A stretch of DNA of 64,000 nucleotides from positions 37,634,001-37,698,000 of the forward strand of contig OX597827.1 of the NCBI GenBank assembly GCA_951406725.2, written 5' to 3'. The notes beneath the pieces are model-generated. The model was not told the DNA's origin. It saw only the letters and a list, made by a program, of their open reading frames with translations, and did not search any database. This document shows, piece by piece, positions 38,792 through 52,121 of the stretch. Each line of letters begins with the position of its first letter. The stretch's first letter is position 1. This stretch comes from Octopus vulgaris (Eukaryota). The position numbers were made by a program, and so were the translations under genes.

Positions 38792-39764
38792 GTGTGTGTG
38801 TCTGTGTAAAGGTATTACCAATGAGAAAGCCAACACACATCATCTATGTCCGAGATATGGGATAAATTTATTTATCTCTTACATCTCGTTGTTCTTCTAT
38901 ATTAATAAGACAATGGTTGAAGTCAAAATACAAATTCATCTTACAGTTTCAAACTGTGGGCCTGAAACTTTTCTTAGTGTATAAAGTTTATTGGTATACA
39001 TTTGTTTCTAAAATAAAATCATTAACAAATGAATAACTTGTGTACAGAACTATAACGGACATAAGTATCTCCAACAACATCTTAATCACATTGTTTGATT
39101 AATTTGAGAGCATCCGTGTTCGTTTGTTTAGTTAATGTTTAAAAAATATTACTAGCGACAGAGGTAGAATTAATACAGAGAAGTATACACATTCGCGATT
39201 TTATTTTATTCCGTTATGCACTAGATCTATGTCTGTATTCATAAACAAACTCTTAGTTAATTTATACTTTATAATAAACAGTTTACCTAAGAACATCAAA
39301 TATCCTTTTGGGCTTGATTACACTGAGACTTTTATATTTATATATATTTTTTTTATATTTTTGTAAAAGGGAAATGAGAGAAATACTCAAAATATGAGGC
39401 TAAATATTTAGAGTGCTATGACTAATGTTGCTAAAATAATTTGAGAGCATCCGTGTTCGTTTGTATAGTTAATGTTTAAAATATTTATTAGCGACAGAAG
39501 TAGTATTAATGCCGAGTGGTAATTTTATACTCACTTAAACGTGGATGTTTTGTTAGAACAATCTATACTGCGATAGTTACCATGAGAGAAACTCTCATAT
39601 TGGCTTTTGGTGTGAAATGCACTCTTGTTTATATTGCTAACGGGGAAATAAATACCTGCCATCTCCAGTGATAGACGTTTGACCGCTAGAGATAGCAGCA
39701 ATTCATCTTCCGCCAGCGATATACAGAATAACAAAGCCAGAACAGGCGCTGGTTTTGTTGCTGT

Positions 39765-39898
<134 letters not shown>

Positions 39899-39900
<2 letters not shown>

Positions 39901-40350
39901 CACCTCAAGCGCCTGAGGATAACTCTCAGAAACGCTAGAGCCGCGGAAGGGAGATGAATCATCTCATCCATTGTAGCCCCTAGTTGGCGGGTATAGCGTT
40001 CCAACATCAGGGCCGGACATCTCAGCCAGAGATGTTCTGCAGATTCCACCTCCTCGTTACAGAGTCTTCATTGATCTGTGTCGCTGCGTCCTGCCATCTT
40101 TTGCCACTGCCTGTGTGCCGGATGATGACCACTATAGAAGCGTATCATGTCTGTGAAGTCTGCCTTCGAGAGGGCTGCTTCGGTTCTTTCATCCAGCTTC
40201 TTCGTGAAGACTTCTTTCAGACGGGGTTGGGGTGAATTGGCGTTAGCTGGAACGCTCGACGAATAACCACCTGACAAATGGCTGTATCGATGGCGGCATC
40301 CGGTGGTGGTAGCGCCGAGCCACGTTTTGCCTGCCTATCTGCACCTTGGG
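39899..40350 (-). pseudogene. Ingi/I-group LINE 3' end (RNase H tail and CCHC)
   Basis: ADRQAKRGSAL...AID (RNase H end), SGHHP, *RLCNEEVESAEHLWLRCPAL, ALAFLRVILRRLR*, followed directly by a (CAC)/(CAA) tail. Confidence 0.65.
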
Positions 40351-40354
40351 GCCT

Positions 40355-40755
40355 TCAACAGAATTCAGCACCATCCCACAGCTCCAAACTGACACAACAC
40401 TGGATTCAAGAAAACATTCTATCGTTCATAAGCAAAGATGTATGACTCTCAAGAAACTTTGATTTCAACCCGTTGGATTCTTCTGGTTGGCCCATTTTGA
40501 AGACGAGGGTCTCGAGCACTCCTCGTGCTTCGCTCGACGCTCTGAAGGCAAAACTGCTCCAGAAATGGGCTTCGATTCCGCAAGAGCAGCCGTGTGCTGC
40601 GTGTGAAGCATTAGCATGTAGACGTGATTCGAAACAGAGGTGGTCATATCAAATAAATGTGGTAGTATCGTAATTGTGTTTCCTTTACCATTGCATTGCA
40701 ACTCTCGGACCAGACAAAAAATGAAAGTTGGTTGCCTTAATTTTGGGACACATTG
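40355..40755 (+). mobile_element. Tc1/mariner (maT/DD37D-like) transposase C-terminal fragment with probable right terminus
   Basis: FQQNSAPSH...TQHW...FISKDV*...DFNPLD...W...SLDALKAKLLQKWASIP; ends ...ttttgggacacattg-TA. Confidence 0.75.
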
Positions 40756-41437
40756 TACATATATATATAAATATTCAGTCTCTCAAATTCAACTTACTAA
40801 ACGCTGGTGAACCTGAGGCTACAGTAGAAAACACTTACCCAATGTACCGCTTAGATTTGGATCGATCATGCAGTAAATCATTTGCAAGGCGAACTTCTCA
40901 ACAACACATTAGCACTTGTGCCCATAACGTAAGTAAAATAAATTAGATTCAACTGGGAAATGAAAGATGTTCACAAACTTAATGGTTAGTGACTTCAGCC
41001 CTGTCCACTGGAAGTTAGTTATTACAATTCCCGAATTTACGAGATGGACCACGATGGAACCGCAACATCCATTTAGAAACGATAACTGATCAAGAGATGG
41101 CTTCAGTTTTTAAGTTGGTCTTTATGGATATAAATGTTAACCATATAAAAGGCCAATATTACTCAATGGGGGAATACACAATACACTGAAAAGAACGCGT
41201 TCTTCATATATCTTTTCTCTGTTTTCTCTCTCTCTTTCTCTCTCTCTCTCACTCTCTCACTCTCATTCATTCTCGCCTTAGTCTTTTCCTTTACCCTCTT
41301 CATTCTTTTTCTCTCTCCCTATTCCCATTACTCTTTCTCTTCCTTTACTATTATTTCTCCCTTTATTTCTTCTCACAATCTCTTTCAGTCACTCTCTCTC
41401 ATTCTTTCGTCTTTCTTATATGCATGTGTGTCTGTAA

Positions 41438-41481
<44 letters not shown>

Positions 41482-41485
<4 letters not shown>

Positions 41486-42122
41486 TGACCAATTTTGGCT
41501 GCTATTTCTAATATTTTCGGTATGTGGTTTTGAGCAACTTGTTGCTTTTAACCCTTTATTATAATTATTATAACCCTTACCAAATATGGTCTTTTCCATA
41601 CCGACAAATCTACTAGGTGAAATTGATTAATTTTATTAAATTAATTATATTCCACCCTTTATTGAATATTGAATACTTTTGCTCCCTTACAAGTTATCTC
41701 CGAATTTTTCGTTTCGTTGGTAATGTTTTTGTGGCTCACGTGGTAGATTTTGGAGGGAAATACGAATTCGCATGTCGGCATAGATGTACGAATGCTAGCA
41801 GTTCCGTTAAGCCGTCCGATGTTGCAGGTCGTACTGGTGTAACGGGTAAGTTTTTTCCCCTAGCATTTCTAGATCTATAGGAAATATTATATTGACAAGG
41901 AAATGAACCTTCGGTTCTAATCCAGAAACGAGTCGTCTATAATTAATCCAGAGGCTGGGTTTTCGTTGTTTTCTGCCTTTCTTTGCCATATACAGCTTAA
42001 AATTCTGTTTGTTTGTGGAGACTTTTTACTAGTAGAGGAAATACTGACCAATTTTGGCTGCTATTTCTAATATTTTCGGTATGTGGTTTTGAGCAACTTG
42101 TTGCTTTTAACCCTTTATTATA
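41482..42122. repeat. Approx. 80-bp direct repeats 559 bp apart flanking unique sequence
   Basis: atactgaccaattttggctgctatttctaatattttcggtatgtggttttgagcaacttgttgcttttaaccctttattata at 41482 and 42041. Confidence 0.9.
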
Positions 42123-42334
42123 TATATATATATATATAAACATATATACGTACAAATGTATATATATATATAAACATATATACATATAAACGTATATATA
42201 TATAATGTGTGTATGTATGTGTGTATATATGTATGTATATGTGTATATATATATGTGTGTGTATGTATGTATGTGTATATATATATGTGTGTGTGTATGT
42301 ATGCATGTATGTGTGTGCATATATATATATATAC

Positions 42335-42384
<50 letters not shown>

Positions 42385-42711
42385 TGTTTATGTATGTATG
42401 TATATATGTATGTATTATGTATGTATACACACATATATATGCATATATAGTCAAGTTACCAAAAGTTTCAAAATTTTGGGTTGATGGGGATATATAATCC
42501 AAGCGGGTACCAATATGCTCTTCTGCCGATTAAGATAGTGGTCAATGTATTCTGTAAAGCCCTTGATGGATTATAGCATCATATTGAACGAGAAGTTGTG
42601 CCCTGATAGCGGTGAAAACGTAACGTATGCGAAAAATATAAGAAATCAAATGATTGCATAAATAATAAAAAATTGAATATTCTCTATTTTATTTTCTTTA
42701 AACTGATTCAT

Positions 42712-42774
<63 letters not shown>

Positions 42775-42876
42775 CGTGTGTGTGTGTGTTAATGTGTGTA
42801 CATGTATGTACGTATGTATGCATACAGACGCATACATGCGCATATTGACAGATAGATACATAGGTAGGTATGTAGG

Positions 42877-42964
<88 letters not shown>

Positions 42965-43018
42965 AATATGTGCATGTGTATGTGTATCCTTGCAAACATA
43001 TAATGTGTATATGTGTAC

Positions 43019-43118
43019 ATGGCCAGTCTGAAGGAAGCGGCCCAGGATAGAACTGACTGAAGGACACTGATCGAACGAGTAACCGAGAGTTGACTTCGAC
43101 TGAGCGGATAGAGAGAGA
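43019..43118 (+). mobile_element. RTE/BovB-type LINE extreme 3' end
   Basis: MASLKEAAQDRTD*RTLIERVTES*LRLSG* resembles the RTE DRxxWR...SRxRL terminus; (GA)n tail. Confidence 0.6.
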
Positions 43119-43437
43119 GATTTATGTCTCTAAGGCCATACGAGCATGTGTTTAACGTCTGTGTGGTGAGCATACATATATATGAGCCTGCACTTCCCTT
43201 TATAACGTCTGTTCTGTGTGTGTTTGTATGTATGTGTGCGTGTGTGCGCGCGTGCGTGTGTGTGTATATAAATGTACATACACTTGTATATCTTCATACC
43301 GTTGTATTTGAATATACTCGTAAAATATATTTAGTCGGACATTCCAGTGTCATTTCCTCCTTAACTCTACTTCCCATCTATTATCTCATACACGCTTTTC
43401 GTGAGCGCGAGTGAGTGTATGCGCATAATATTCGTAT

Positions 43438-43530
<93 letters not shown>

Positions 43531-43561
43531 ATGTATGTATGTATGTATGTATGTATGTATG

Positions 43562-43600
<39 letters not shown>

Positions 43601-43616
43601 TGCATTTCATATATTG

Positions 43617-43822
43617 GTTTCAAATTTTGGCACAAGGCCAGTAACTTCGGGAGTGAGGTCGATTATATTGACCCCAGTGTTCAACTGGTACTTATTTTAT
43701 CGACCTCGAAAGAACGAAAGGCAAAGTGGACCACGGTGGAATTTGAACTCAATAGGTGAAGACGGACGAAATGTGGCTAAGCAGTTCGCCCGGTGTGCTA
43801 ACGACTCTGCCAGCTCACCACC
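43617..43822 (-). mobile_element. Nin-domain SINE
   Basis: ggcacaaggcc...gaccccagt...actggtacttattttatcgacc...atttgaactc...tctgccagctcacc. Confidence 0.8.
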
Positions 43823-44028
43823 TCACTGCAGTTCATATATCAAGAATGAATGACTGAACAACTAACACCAAATCAATCCCGCAAGAAAGATATTTCGCAG
43901 GCAATTTAACTAGCTGACACCCAGAATACCGGCAGCATCGGTCATGTCCCTAACAACATCAACACTAACGGCACCGCTACTACCACCGCTAATAAATACG
44001 AATATCACAAATAACGTTGCATGCAATT

Positions 44029-44463
44029 GGTGAGATGAGCTGGCAGAAACGTTAGCACGCCGGGCGAGATACTTAGCAGTATTTCGTCTGCCGTTACGTT
44101 CTGAGTTCAAATTCCGCCGAGGTTGACTTTGCCTTTCATCCTTTCGGGGTCGATTAAACAAGTACCAGTTACGCACTGGGTCGATATAATCGACTTAATC
44201 CGTTTGTCTGTCCTTGTTTGTCCCCTCTGTGTGTAGCCCCTTGTGGGCAGTAAAGAAATAAGAAACGTTAGCAAGCCGGGCGAAACGCTTAGCGGGTGTT
44301 TCGTCTGTCTTTACGTTCTTGGTTCAAATCCCGGCTAGGTCGACTTTGCCTTTCATCCTTTCGGGGGTCGATAAAATAAGTACCAGTTTGCGTACTGGGG
44401 TCGATCTAATCGACTGGCCACATCTCCAAAATGTTCGTGCCTTGTGCCTAGAGTAGAAAAGAA
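44029..44463 (+). mobile_element. Two tandem Nin-domain SINEs
   Basis: gagctggcagaaacgttagcacgccgggcg...gagttcaaattcc...gactttgcctttcatcctttcggggtcgat (Nin domain) occurs twice, with different 3' ends. Confidence 0.88.
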
Positions 44464-44651
44464 ATAACGTTGCATGCAATATCCTTGAGCTTAAGTCTAC
44501 TCGACCAGGTCTAACCTGGAGCTAAACGCCGACAGCATCACCAGCCTCGCAAATATCATCACTGCCTGCCAGCCATACCAACAGCAGTAGCACCAACATT
44601 TGCAGTACTACAATTTACATCAACACTAGCAGCACCGTCAGCTGCAGTAGC

Positions 44652-44790
44652 ACCTCCAGCTACACCAACTCGTTTTCACCCCCACCCCCTATTACCTCCA
44701 GCTACACCAACTCATTTTCACTCCCACCGCTCATTACCTCCAGCTACACCAACGCATTTTCACCCAGCCACCCCATTACCTCCAGCCACA
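44652..44790 (+). repeat. Approx. 42-bp minisatellite, 3-4 copies
   Basis: acctccagctacaccaac...ttttcac...cattacctccagc repeated. Confidence 0.85.
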
Positions 44791-44918
44791 CCCACGCACA
44801 CAACCGCCGCTGTGAACTCCTTTTCCAATATATTACAGCATTTGAATTGTGGTTGGTTGATATAGATTACAGAAATTAATGGCGCTCAGAAGCATTACAA
44901 CGAACATACACGTACAAA

Positions 44919-44974
<56 letters not shown>

Positions 44975-45361
44975 TGTACTTTTCAACTTTTACTATTCGC
45001 TGGAGTTGCCTCTGAAAATTTCCGGTGCAACGTAGTATATGTCTGTATGTACATATTTATTTATATATATACATACATATATATATATATTTATATATAT
45101 ATATATATATATACACATACATATTCTTATATATACATACATACACACGCACATACGTATAGATACATATATATATATGTATATACAAATATATACGTAC
45201 ATAATAAAACGTAAACTAAAGGCTGTTGGAATTCTTTATAGTAGAGGGTTCAGGTGCGGTCTTAGGTGCACCATTTATAATAAATAAATTTCAAAAAATC
45301 AAGACTAGGTAAGGTAGTCGTCTGAGGGTTCGTGGCAGAAAAGCTATCAAAGCCTCTCTTT

Positions 45362-45426
<65 letters not shown>

Positions 45427-45517
45427 TCCCTCTTCTTTACTCTCTCTCCCTCTGTGTGTGTTTATATATATATATATATATACACACATTGTGTATGTGT
45501 ATACATGTGTGTGTGTT

Positions 45518-45587
<70 letters not shown>

Positions 45588-45844
45588 GAAGAAGTCGAAG
45601 CAAAGAGTATAGATACTCACAGAACAGTTTTCGGGTAATTGAGAACTTAAAATCCAATCCCTTCATCCTTCATCTAGAGAAGGAGCCACCGGGGTAGAAA
45701 ATCTAGTATTAGAACGGTCCTCGTTGAACTGCTATAGAAATAGAAAGGCTAAAAACAAAAGTAGGCTTAATACGTATATTTACATGGAATATGAAATACA
45801 GAGTATGGAATAAAGAATACAAAATAAACTGAAGGTGTTATGTA

Positions 45845-45900
45845 ACAGACTTATTTTGACAGCTGTTTCAGGTGAACTATGGCATATGCTGGACTATGTT
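45845..45900 (-). mobile_element. PLE-type terminus with half an HHR (GAAA-CAGCUG-UC)
   Basis: catagttcacctgaaacagctgtcaa also occurs on the plus strand at 60530-60565; the CUGANGA half is not recognisable. Confidence 0.35.
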
Positions 45901-46964
45901 CATGCATAATAAAGACTTATGATGTCGTAGGTGTATGGAATAAAGTACATTCTTATACATTAATTAAATGAAGCCAAGTCAACTTCGTCGGAAGAACAGG
46001 GCAAAAAGCTTATTTCTCAGCAGTTTTACAAATATAAAGATTTGAGATGATAAAGTAGGGGATAAGGAAAAACTAGAGAGAAAAACGGGAATAGGAGGGA
46101 AGATGAGATAACTAGAGAGAAATTAGTACAATGAAGATATCAGTTGACGGTAATTAAGGCAAAGGGAGATTCTGTGTAAAAGACAATAAACAATAGCAGG
46201 GAACCAATAAGTAATAAACCTCAATAGTATAGATAAGTAGATTCTAAAGGAAAATGTACACAGATATAGACCAGTAGAGTGAGAGGATGAATTACGGCAC
46301 GTTGGTAACAGAGGGAAAGAGAGAGAAGTGTGAGATAATTACAATCTGTAAAGAAGGGCAGACTAGTTCTTACAGAATTAAAATGATTTAAGGAAATGAG
46401 AAAAGGTTTTGTAGAACTTATCTACACATAGAAATTACATAAGAAAAGCGATTTAGTAGGGAGACTGCATTGTGGCTTAATATAGCGATCAACTCACAGA
46501 AAAATAGTTTGTATGTTTACAGATTTCCTGTGTAGCAAGTTCCACCACAAACTATGGATCAGGACAAGTTATAGAGTATGTCCTCAGCCTTGAGGTGGTT
46601 GTGTGGGTATCGATGGAGGTAGATTGCTCTGTGGTGCTTTTAGAGGAAGAGCTCAGGTTCAAAATCGATCGAACCGCTAATGTAGGCCCTGGTAGAGTGA
46701 TGATTGTACATTTATGCTCAACATCATAGCGCAAGCAATTGTCAATGAAATGGAGTTACTAGGCACTCTGTAATCGCATGTTTTCTTATTGCGGGTTAAA
46801 GGTGGTCCATTACTAACCACATAATGGTCAGTAAAGCTATTAGTCTTATTGATGAAACAAAGAGTGTTAGAGTCACAGATACTAAGATGGGGAGAGCTAG
46901 TATATTTACAATGGTGGAAGTCAGGCTTATAGCTATTGTAGAGAGGTGCACTCAATATATTCTT

Positions 46965-47120
46965 TTCTACTCTAGGCACAAACCCCGAAATTTAGATCGA
47001 TCCCAGTACGCAACTGGTACTTAATTTATCGACACCGAAAGGATGAAAGGCAAAGTCGACCTGGAACAATTTGAACTCAGAACGTAAAGACAGACGAAAT
47101 ACCTCTAAGCATTTCGCCCA
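46965..47120 (-). mobile_element. Nin-domain SINE
   Basis: ttcttttctactctaggcaca...ccagtacgcaactggtacttaatttatcgac...gaaaggatgaaaggcaaagtcgacc...atttgaactcagaacg. Confidence 0.85.
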
Positions 47121-47129
47121 GGAAACATC

Positions 47130-48400
47130 GTTTCCAGCTGGCTGTACGACACACTATCTGCGTCCTTATATTTTCGAACAAGGGAGTTTAGCGTCCCCAT
47201 ACAGCTCAAAAAAGTATCTGCGTACCTATGGTTTCTGGGTTATTTCTCTTCATCAGCACAGAATAACTGCTCAGCTTGAGATTGGTCCACTAAACTATTG
47301 TTCGAAATATATACTTTTCAAAGTGACACACAGCCACTGATCTAATAATTAGAAAAATATTATTTCTAAATCTCTAAACGAGAGACATTCAGTAACAGTA
47401 CTCTAGAATAAAGATTATTCTAATGGACTTAAGTTGTTTTTATTCTAAGGGCGTTTATTTACTCACATGTATCACTCATGGGTAAAGGAATTAGTACTAA
47501 TTCTACTCTCATAATTAGGTGTCAAACCAGGATTATTAGCTGTATTATAATCGCTATTATTATTACGTATTATCTTAAAGGTACTATCGATTTCAATGTT
47601 GGAACTTCCTTCATCTAAAGTATCAAAAACTAGTTCAGGAAAATTAGCATTAGAGCTTATCTCACAATTGACCCTATTGGTTCTACTCATGTTTACCAAT
47701 TTTAAGTTGAGATCCTCCCTAATTTTACTTTTGTTATGTGCTACTGTAATTTTAGCCAAATTTCTGGTGGTTGAATAGGAAACTTTTACTCTATGGCGAT
47801 TAAATAATTTCCCGTAATTATTTGAAAGCGGGAAATATTCAACCAGTGCCGCAAAGAATTTCCGAGGAATATTAGTAGTTATGTAAGATGTAATGATGCA
47901 TTATAGCAAATAATATTCCTTGATTTAGCATTTCTATTATTTACACTGACTTTTTCGTAATATTGACATTATCAACATAATTATAATTCTTAATTACAAT
48001 TCCAAAATTAGACGTTCCCTGTCATAATCTTTATGCCTAAAATTGCTCATATCTATAGATGCCTTGTTGTTATTAATGTTTATACTAACCATACATTTAA
48101 TATCTTTGGAATTAGTTCTCGGCTTATTAATATTAAAGCTCCTTTTTTTACTATTCTTATTTGTATTATCATTCTTACTATTACGTAGGTTACTTAAATA
48201 AAATTGCTTGATATATTTATTTTTATTGCACTCTCTATGAAGGCTCATCATATTTAATATCCAATCATTATCGGGAATTTTGTTTGTATTTTGATGCTGG
48301 ATATAGTAAATATTGTCTTTATATCCAGCTTCAGATAATGCAAGGTTCTAGTACTTTTCACTTTGTGCAACTACAGCCTTATTAGCAGAAAGCCTCGATA
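47130..48400 (-). mobile_element. Decayed Naiad-type PLE 3' region with terminal HHR
   Basis: NLALSEAGYKDNIYY and FFAALVEYFPLSNNYGKLFNRHRVKVSYSTTRNLAKITVAHN align with the 37315-37887 ORF (FLSLIDRHFP...LLNTHNLKISSST). Confidence 0.7.
47218..47261 (-). ncRNA. Type-I hammerhead ribozyme, intact core, weak stem II
   Basis: CUGUG-CUGAUGA-AGAG-AAAUAA-CCCA-GAAA-CCAUAGG-U-A-CGCAG: 5-bp stem I, 3-bp stem III, GUA cleavage triplet; on the sense strand downstream of the PLE ORF. Confidence 0.65.
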
Positions 48401-48458
48401 CATATGTTGATATATTTCTAACGATAGACTTTATGGTTTATATTTACGCACACACACG

Positions 48459-48514
<56 letters not shown>

Positions 48515-48516
48515 TG

Positions 48517-48548
<32 letters not shown>

Positions 48549-49119
48549 AAAAAAATCTCTACACACGTAACAGAAAATATTTCTTACGTTAAGAATTTCC
48601 AGCAAAGAACAAAGTAAATATGAAAAGCAAAATCTTTACTCGGAAACTTAACAATTAGATATGATTAAGAGAGGGATAGATGCTCGAAAGTAGAAACATT
48701 GCAATTCATATAAAAATTGTACTTGTTAATTTACATTTCAACATATACTACAGTATCTATTTCTCTATGTTCAACCCTGATTTTGTCCATCATGTTTAAT
48801 TATAACTTCAAGGAATTTGCATATTCATTCGGTTTTGGGTCGGAAATTATGCAAGAAATGTTTTGTTATTATATCGATAAGAAATATCATTTTAGACTTT
48901 TGAAAGTTTTAGCTCTTTTCCAAATGAAAGAATATATGCATTGAACCGCTTGTTTATATGTTAATGCTGTGCTTTTGGAGATACTAGAAGTGTAGACACG
49001 TCATAGATGTGGAAATACAGAGAAAGACGAGGAGGAAAGTCAGAGAGAGAGAGAGAGAGAGAGATGCTACTGAGAATCATCATAAACCTGATTATGCTCA
49101 TAGTCAATATCATCATCAT

Positions 49120-49154
<35 letters not shown>

Positions 49155-49171
49155 CTATCATCATCCTCTAC

Positions 49172-49208
<37 letters not shown>

Positions 49209-49861
49209 ACATCATCATCATTAACATCAATATCATCATCATCATCATCATGAAGTTATATATTAGAAGAACAAATAAAATAAGGAAAATGAATAAAAGA
49301 AAAGGTAAGAAGAGAAAAGTTAACACGTTAACAAAACTCATACATAGAATCAGCAGAACAACAGCAACAACAAAAACAACAAAAACAACATCAACATCTA
49401 ATGCTGATAACAGAAGTGTAAGTAAATGGAACATATTTTCGTTGGGTCATTAAGGTAGACGACATTGTCTATTTATAATTTTTTCACATGTGTTTTCAGT
49501 TTTTCTTTCAGCCTTCATAAATCTACCAAATCTGTAATGGCTGACAAAAAAAAAGACAAATGTGATATGATCTGCAATGAAATTTAGCGTGATTAACAAT
49601 ATTGTGTTGAAGGAAGCATTCGGAATCATGCATTCTTTTGTTAATGAAGAGGGGGGAAATTTTCGTTTTTTCCATTACAGACGCACGTAGACCTGTGTGT
49701 GTGTGTGTGTGTGTGGGCGTGTGTGTGTGTGTGGTGGCGTGTGTGTGTGTGTGGGCGTGTGTGTGTGTGTGTGTGTGCACATACACACACATAAAAACGT
49801 GGTTAAGCTGGCAGAAGGTTGAGATTGTTGCATTCAGACAGAAGATACATAGATAGATGGT

Positions 49862-50092
49862 AAGGCAGCGAGCTGGCAGAAACGTTAACACGCCGGATGA
49901 AATGCTTAGCGGTATTTCGTCTGCCGCTACGTTCTGAGTTCAAATTCCGCCGAGGTTGACTTTGCTTTTCATCCTTTCGGGGTCGATTAAATAAGTACCA
50001 GTTACGCACAGGGGTCGATATAATCGACTTAATCCATTTGTCTGTCCTTTTTTTCCCCTCTGTGTTCAGCCCCTTGTGGGTAGTAAAGAAAT
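49862..50092 (+). mobile_element. Nin-domain SINE (full length)
   Basis: Near-identical to 44029-44261. Confidence 0.9.
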
Positions 50093-51729
50093 AAGATAGA
50101 AAGATAGATAGACAGATAGATAGATAGATAGATAGATAGATACATACATACATACATACATACATACATACATACATACACACACACATACATACATACA
50201 TACATACATACATACATACATACATACATACATAATACATACATACATACATGCATGCATGCATACATGTATGCATACATACATACATACACACATGATG
50301 GCGCTGGTAGACTTACAGGTGTAGAGGAACATTTAAAGATGTGACTATTAATGACTTTCTTTCCACTTATGCTTACCTAATTTAGCCTATATCCGTAACG
50401 AGTTTATTTTCTATTGCAAATATGAGGGAAATACTTTTTACTCAAAAATTAAACACTATTCAGACAAAATTATATAAAATACTTCGCAGGAAGTGGACTT
50501 TTGCTTTAATTATTATGACTAATACTGATAACAATAACACCAACACCGACACCAACAGCCTCAGCAACACGAACAATATTACCAATCTGCGAGATATCTA
50601 AGATAGCGTAAATTTGTGAGCTGTCTAAGAAAGCGTAAGTAATCTATTTACTTCACTTTATTTTTATAGTTATATCCGGATCTATCAGAAATCTCATGAA
50701 ATTTCTAGTAGGTTATATACTAAGGTGAAATCCATCTAAACTTAGACCCTTTCAAAGCTGGACAACTTCGATAACTGGCATCTTTCTTTGTTCAAAAAAT
50801 GGCTGACACAGATCGCAAATGTAATTGCAATTGCAACTTGAATAATGCTGGTTGAATACAGCCTGAGCCAGTCAAAAGCTGCCATAAGAGTGAACGATAA
50901 AAATATAACAACACCACCGATTTTGTCTCCATTCTCATCACCACCACTAAACTTTCATATAGCTCTGTATGAAATAGATCTGAGAGAAATGACTACAGAA
51001 TATGTGCAGATTTTAAATAATTTAAAAAGGCAATTTCAGAAGTTACCCCCACACACACAGTTTTTTCTAACAGAACATTTTTGTCGTGAGTAGAAAGAAA
51101 ATACGTGAAAAGTTTTTACTATATTTCTGGAGATTATGAAAATATGTGATAACGTGATACAGCGTTGAAGAGTTAATGCTTTTATCAATCTGGAAATAAC
51201 ATCCAGGTGCACGTGGTGGTGAAATAATTCAACGTAAAGGCAATTAGAAAACTTCAAGAAAACATTAACAACCTGCACTGCATCATACTGTTTAAAGTGA
51301 AGTAACATGAATAATGAAGTTACAGTAAACCAACATCATATAAAAATTAAACTAAAAAGTACAGTGAAGAATTCTAATAACTTCGAAGTATAGACTCAAG
51401 GCTCACAAGATGTAAATCTGTGAATGAAGAAAAATAATATTAACGGGAAAAACTCTTCTCGAGATCTTACATAATTTTGTTCTAAAATCTGGAATTAAAA
51501 AAAAGGGGGGAGGATCTTCACCATTCTGCATCGTAGCTGTAAACTGGAGACTGACACTATCATTTCTGAAATTGTCACTCAAGCTGGGCGTAGTCTACAT
51601 AATGGAAAGATACTCGGAAGAGCCACTGAGGTGAATATTTAAATGAATTATGAAAGGTCAAATTGACATATCAAACTGGCTTTCCATAACAGTTAAATCT
51701 AATGAAATATGGGAACGTGACGGAAACTG

Positions 51730-51880
51730 TAGGGTCTATCGTTTGCTTGAACATTATCTACATAAGTAGTCTCAGCCAATTCCTCCAACATCTCACCCAG
51801 TTCAACAAGGTAGTGACTATTGAGAAAATAAGTGGTAAGAAGGGAGGAGCAGCATGTGCCAAGCAATTCAAATTGATAAA
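51730..51880 (-). pseudogene. Possible BEL/Pao RT fragment
   Basis: LLGTCCSSLLTTYFLNSH...LEELAETTYVDNV resembles FG..SSP.L...L..H...YVD(D/N); short and degenerate. Confidence 0.3.
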
Positions 51881-52066
51881 AAATGTTGTTGGGCATTAAA
51901 AACATGAATGTATGAACCTCAAATTACACCAAAATGTCAGACAATAACAATTAATATCGTATTTATTGTCTCTGAAAATTATAGAATATAAAACAACTTT
52001 GATAAAAAATTATACCTACTTTTCTGACGAAAACAATGCCGTTCTGAACATTTTGGCCGCAACTGT

Positions 52067-52121
<55 letters not shown>

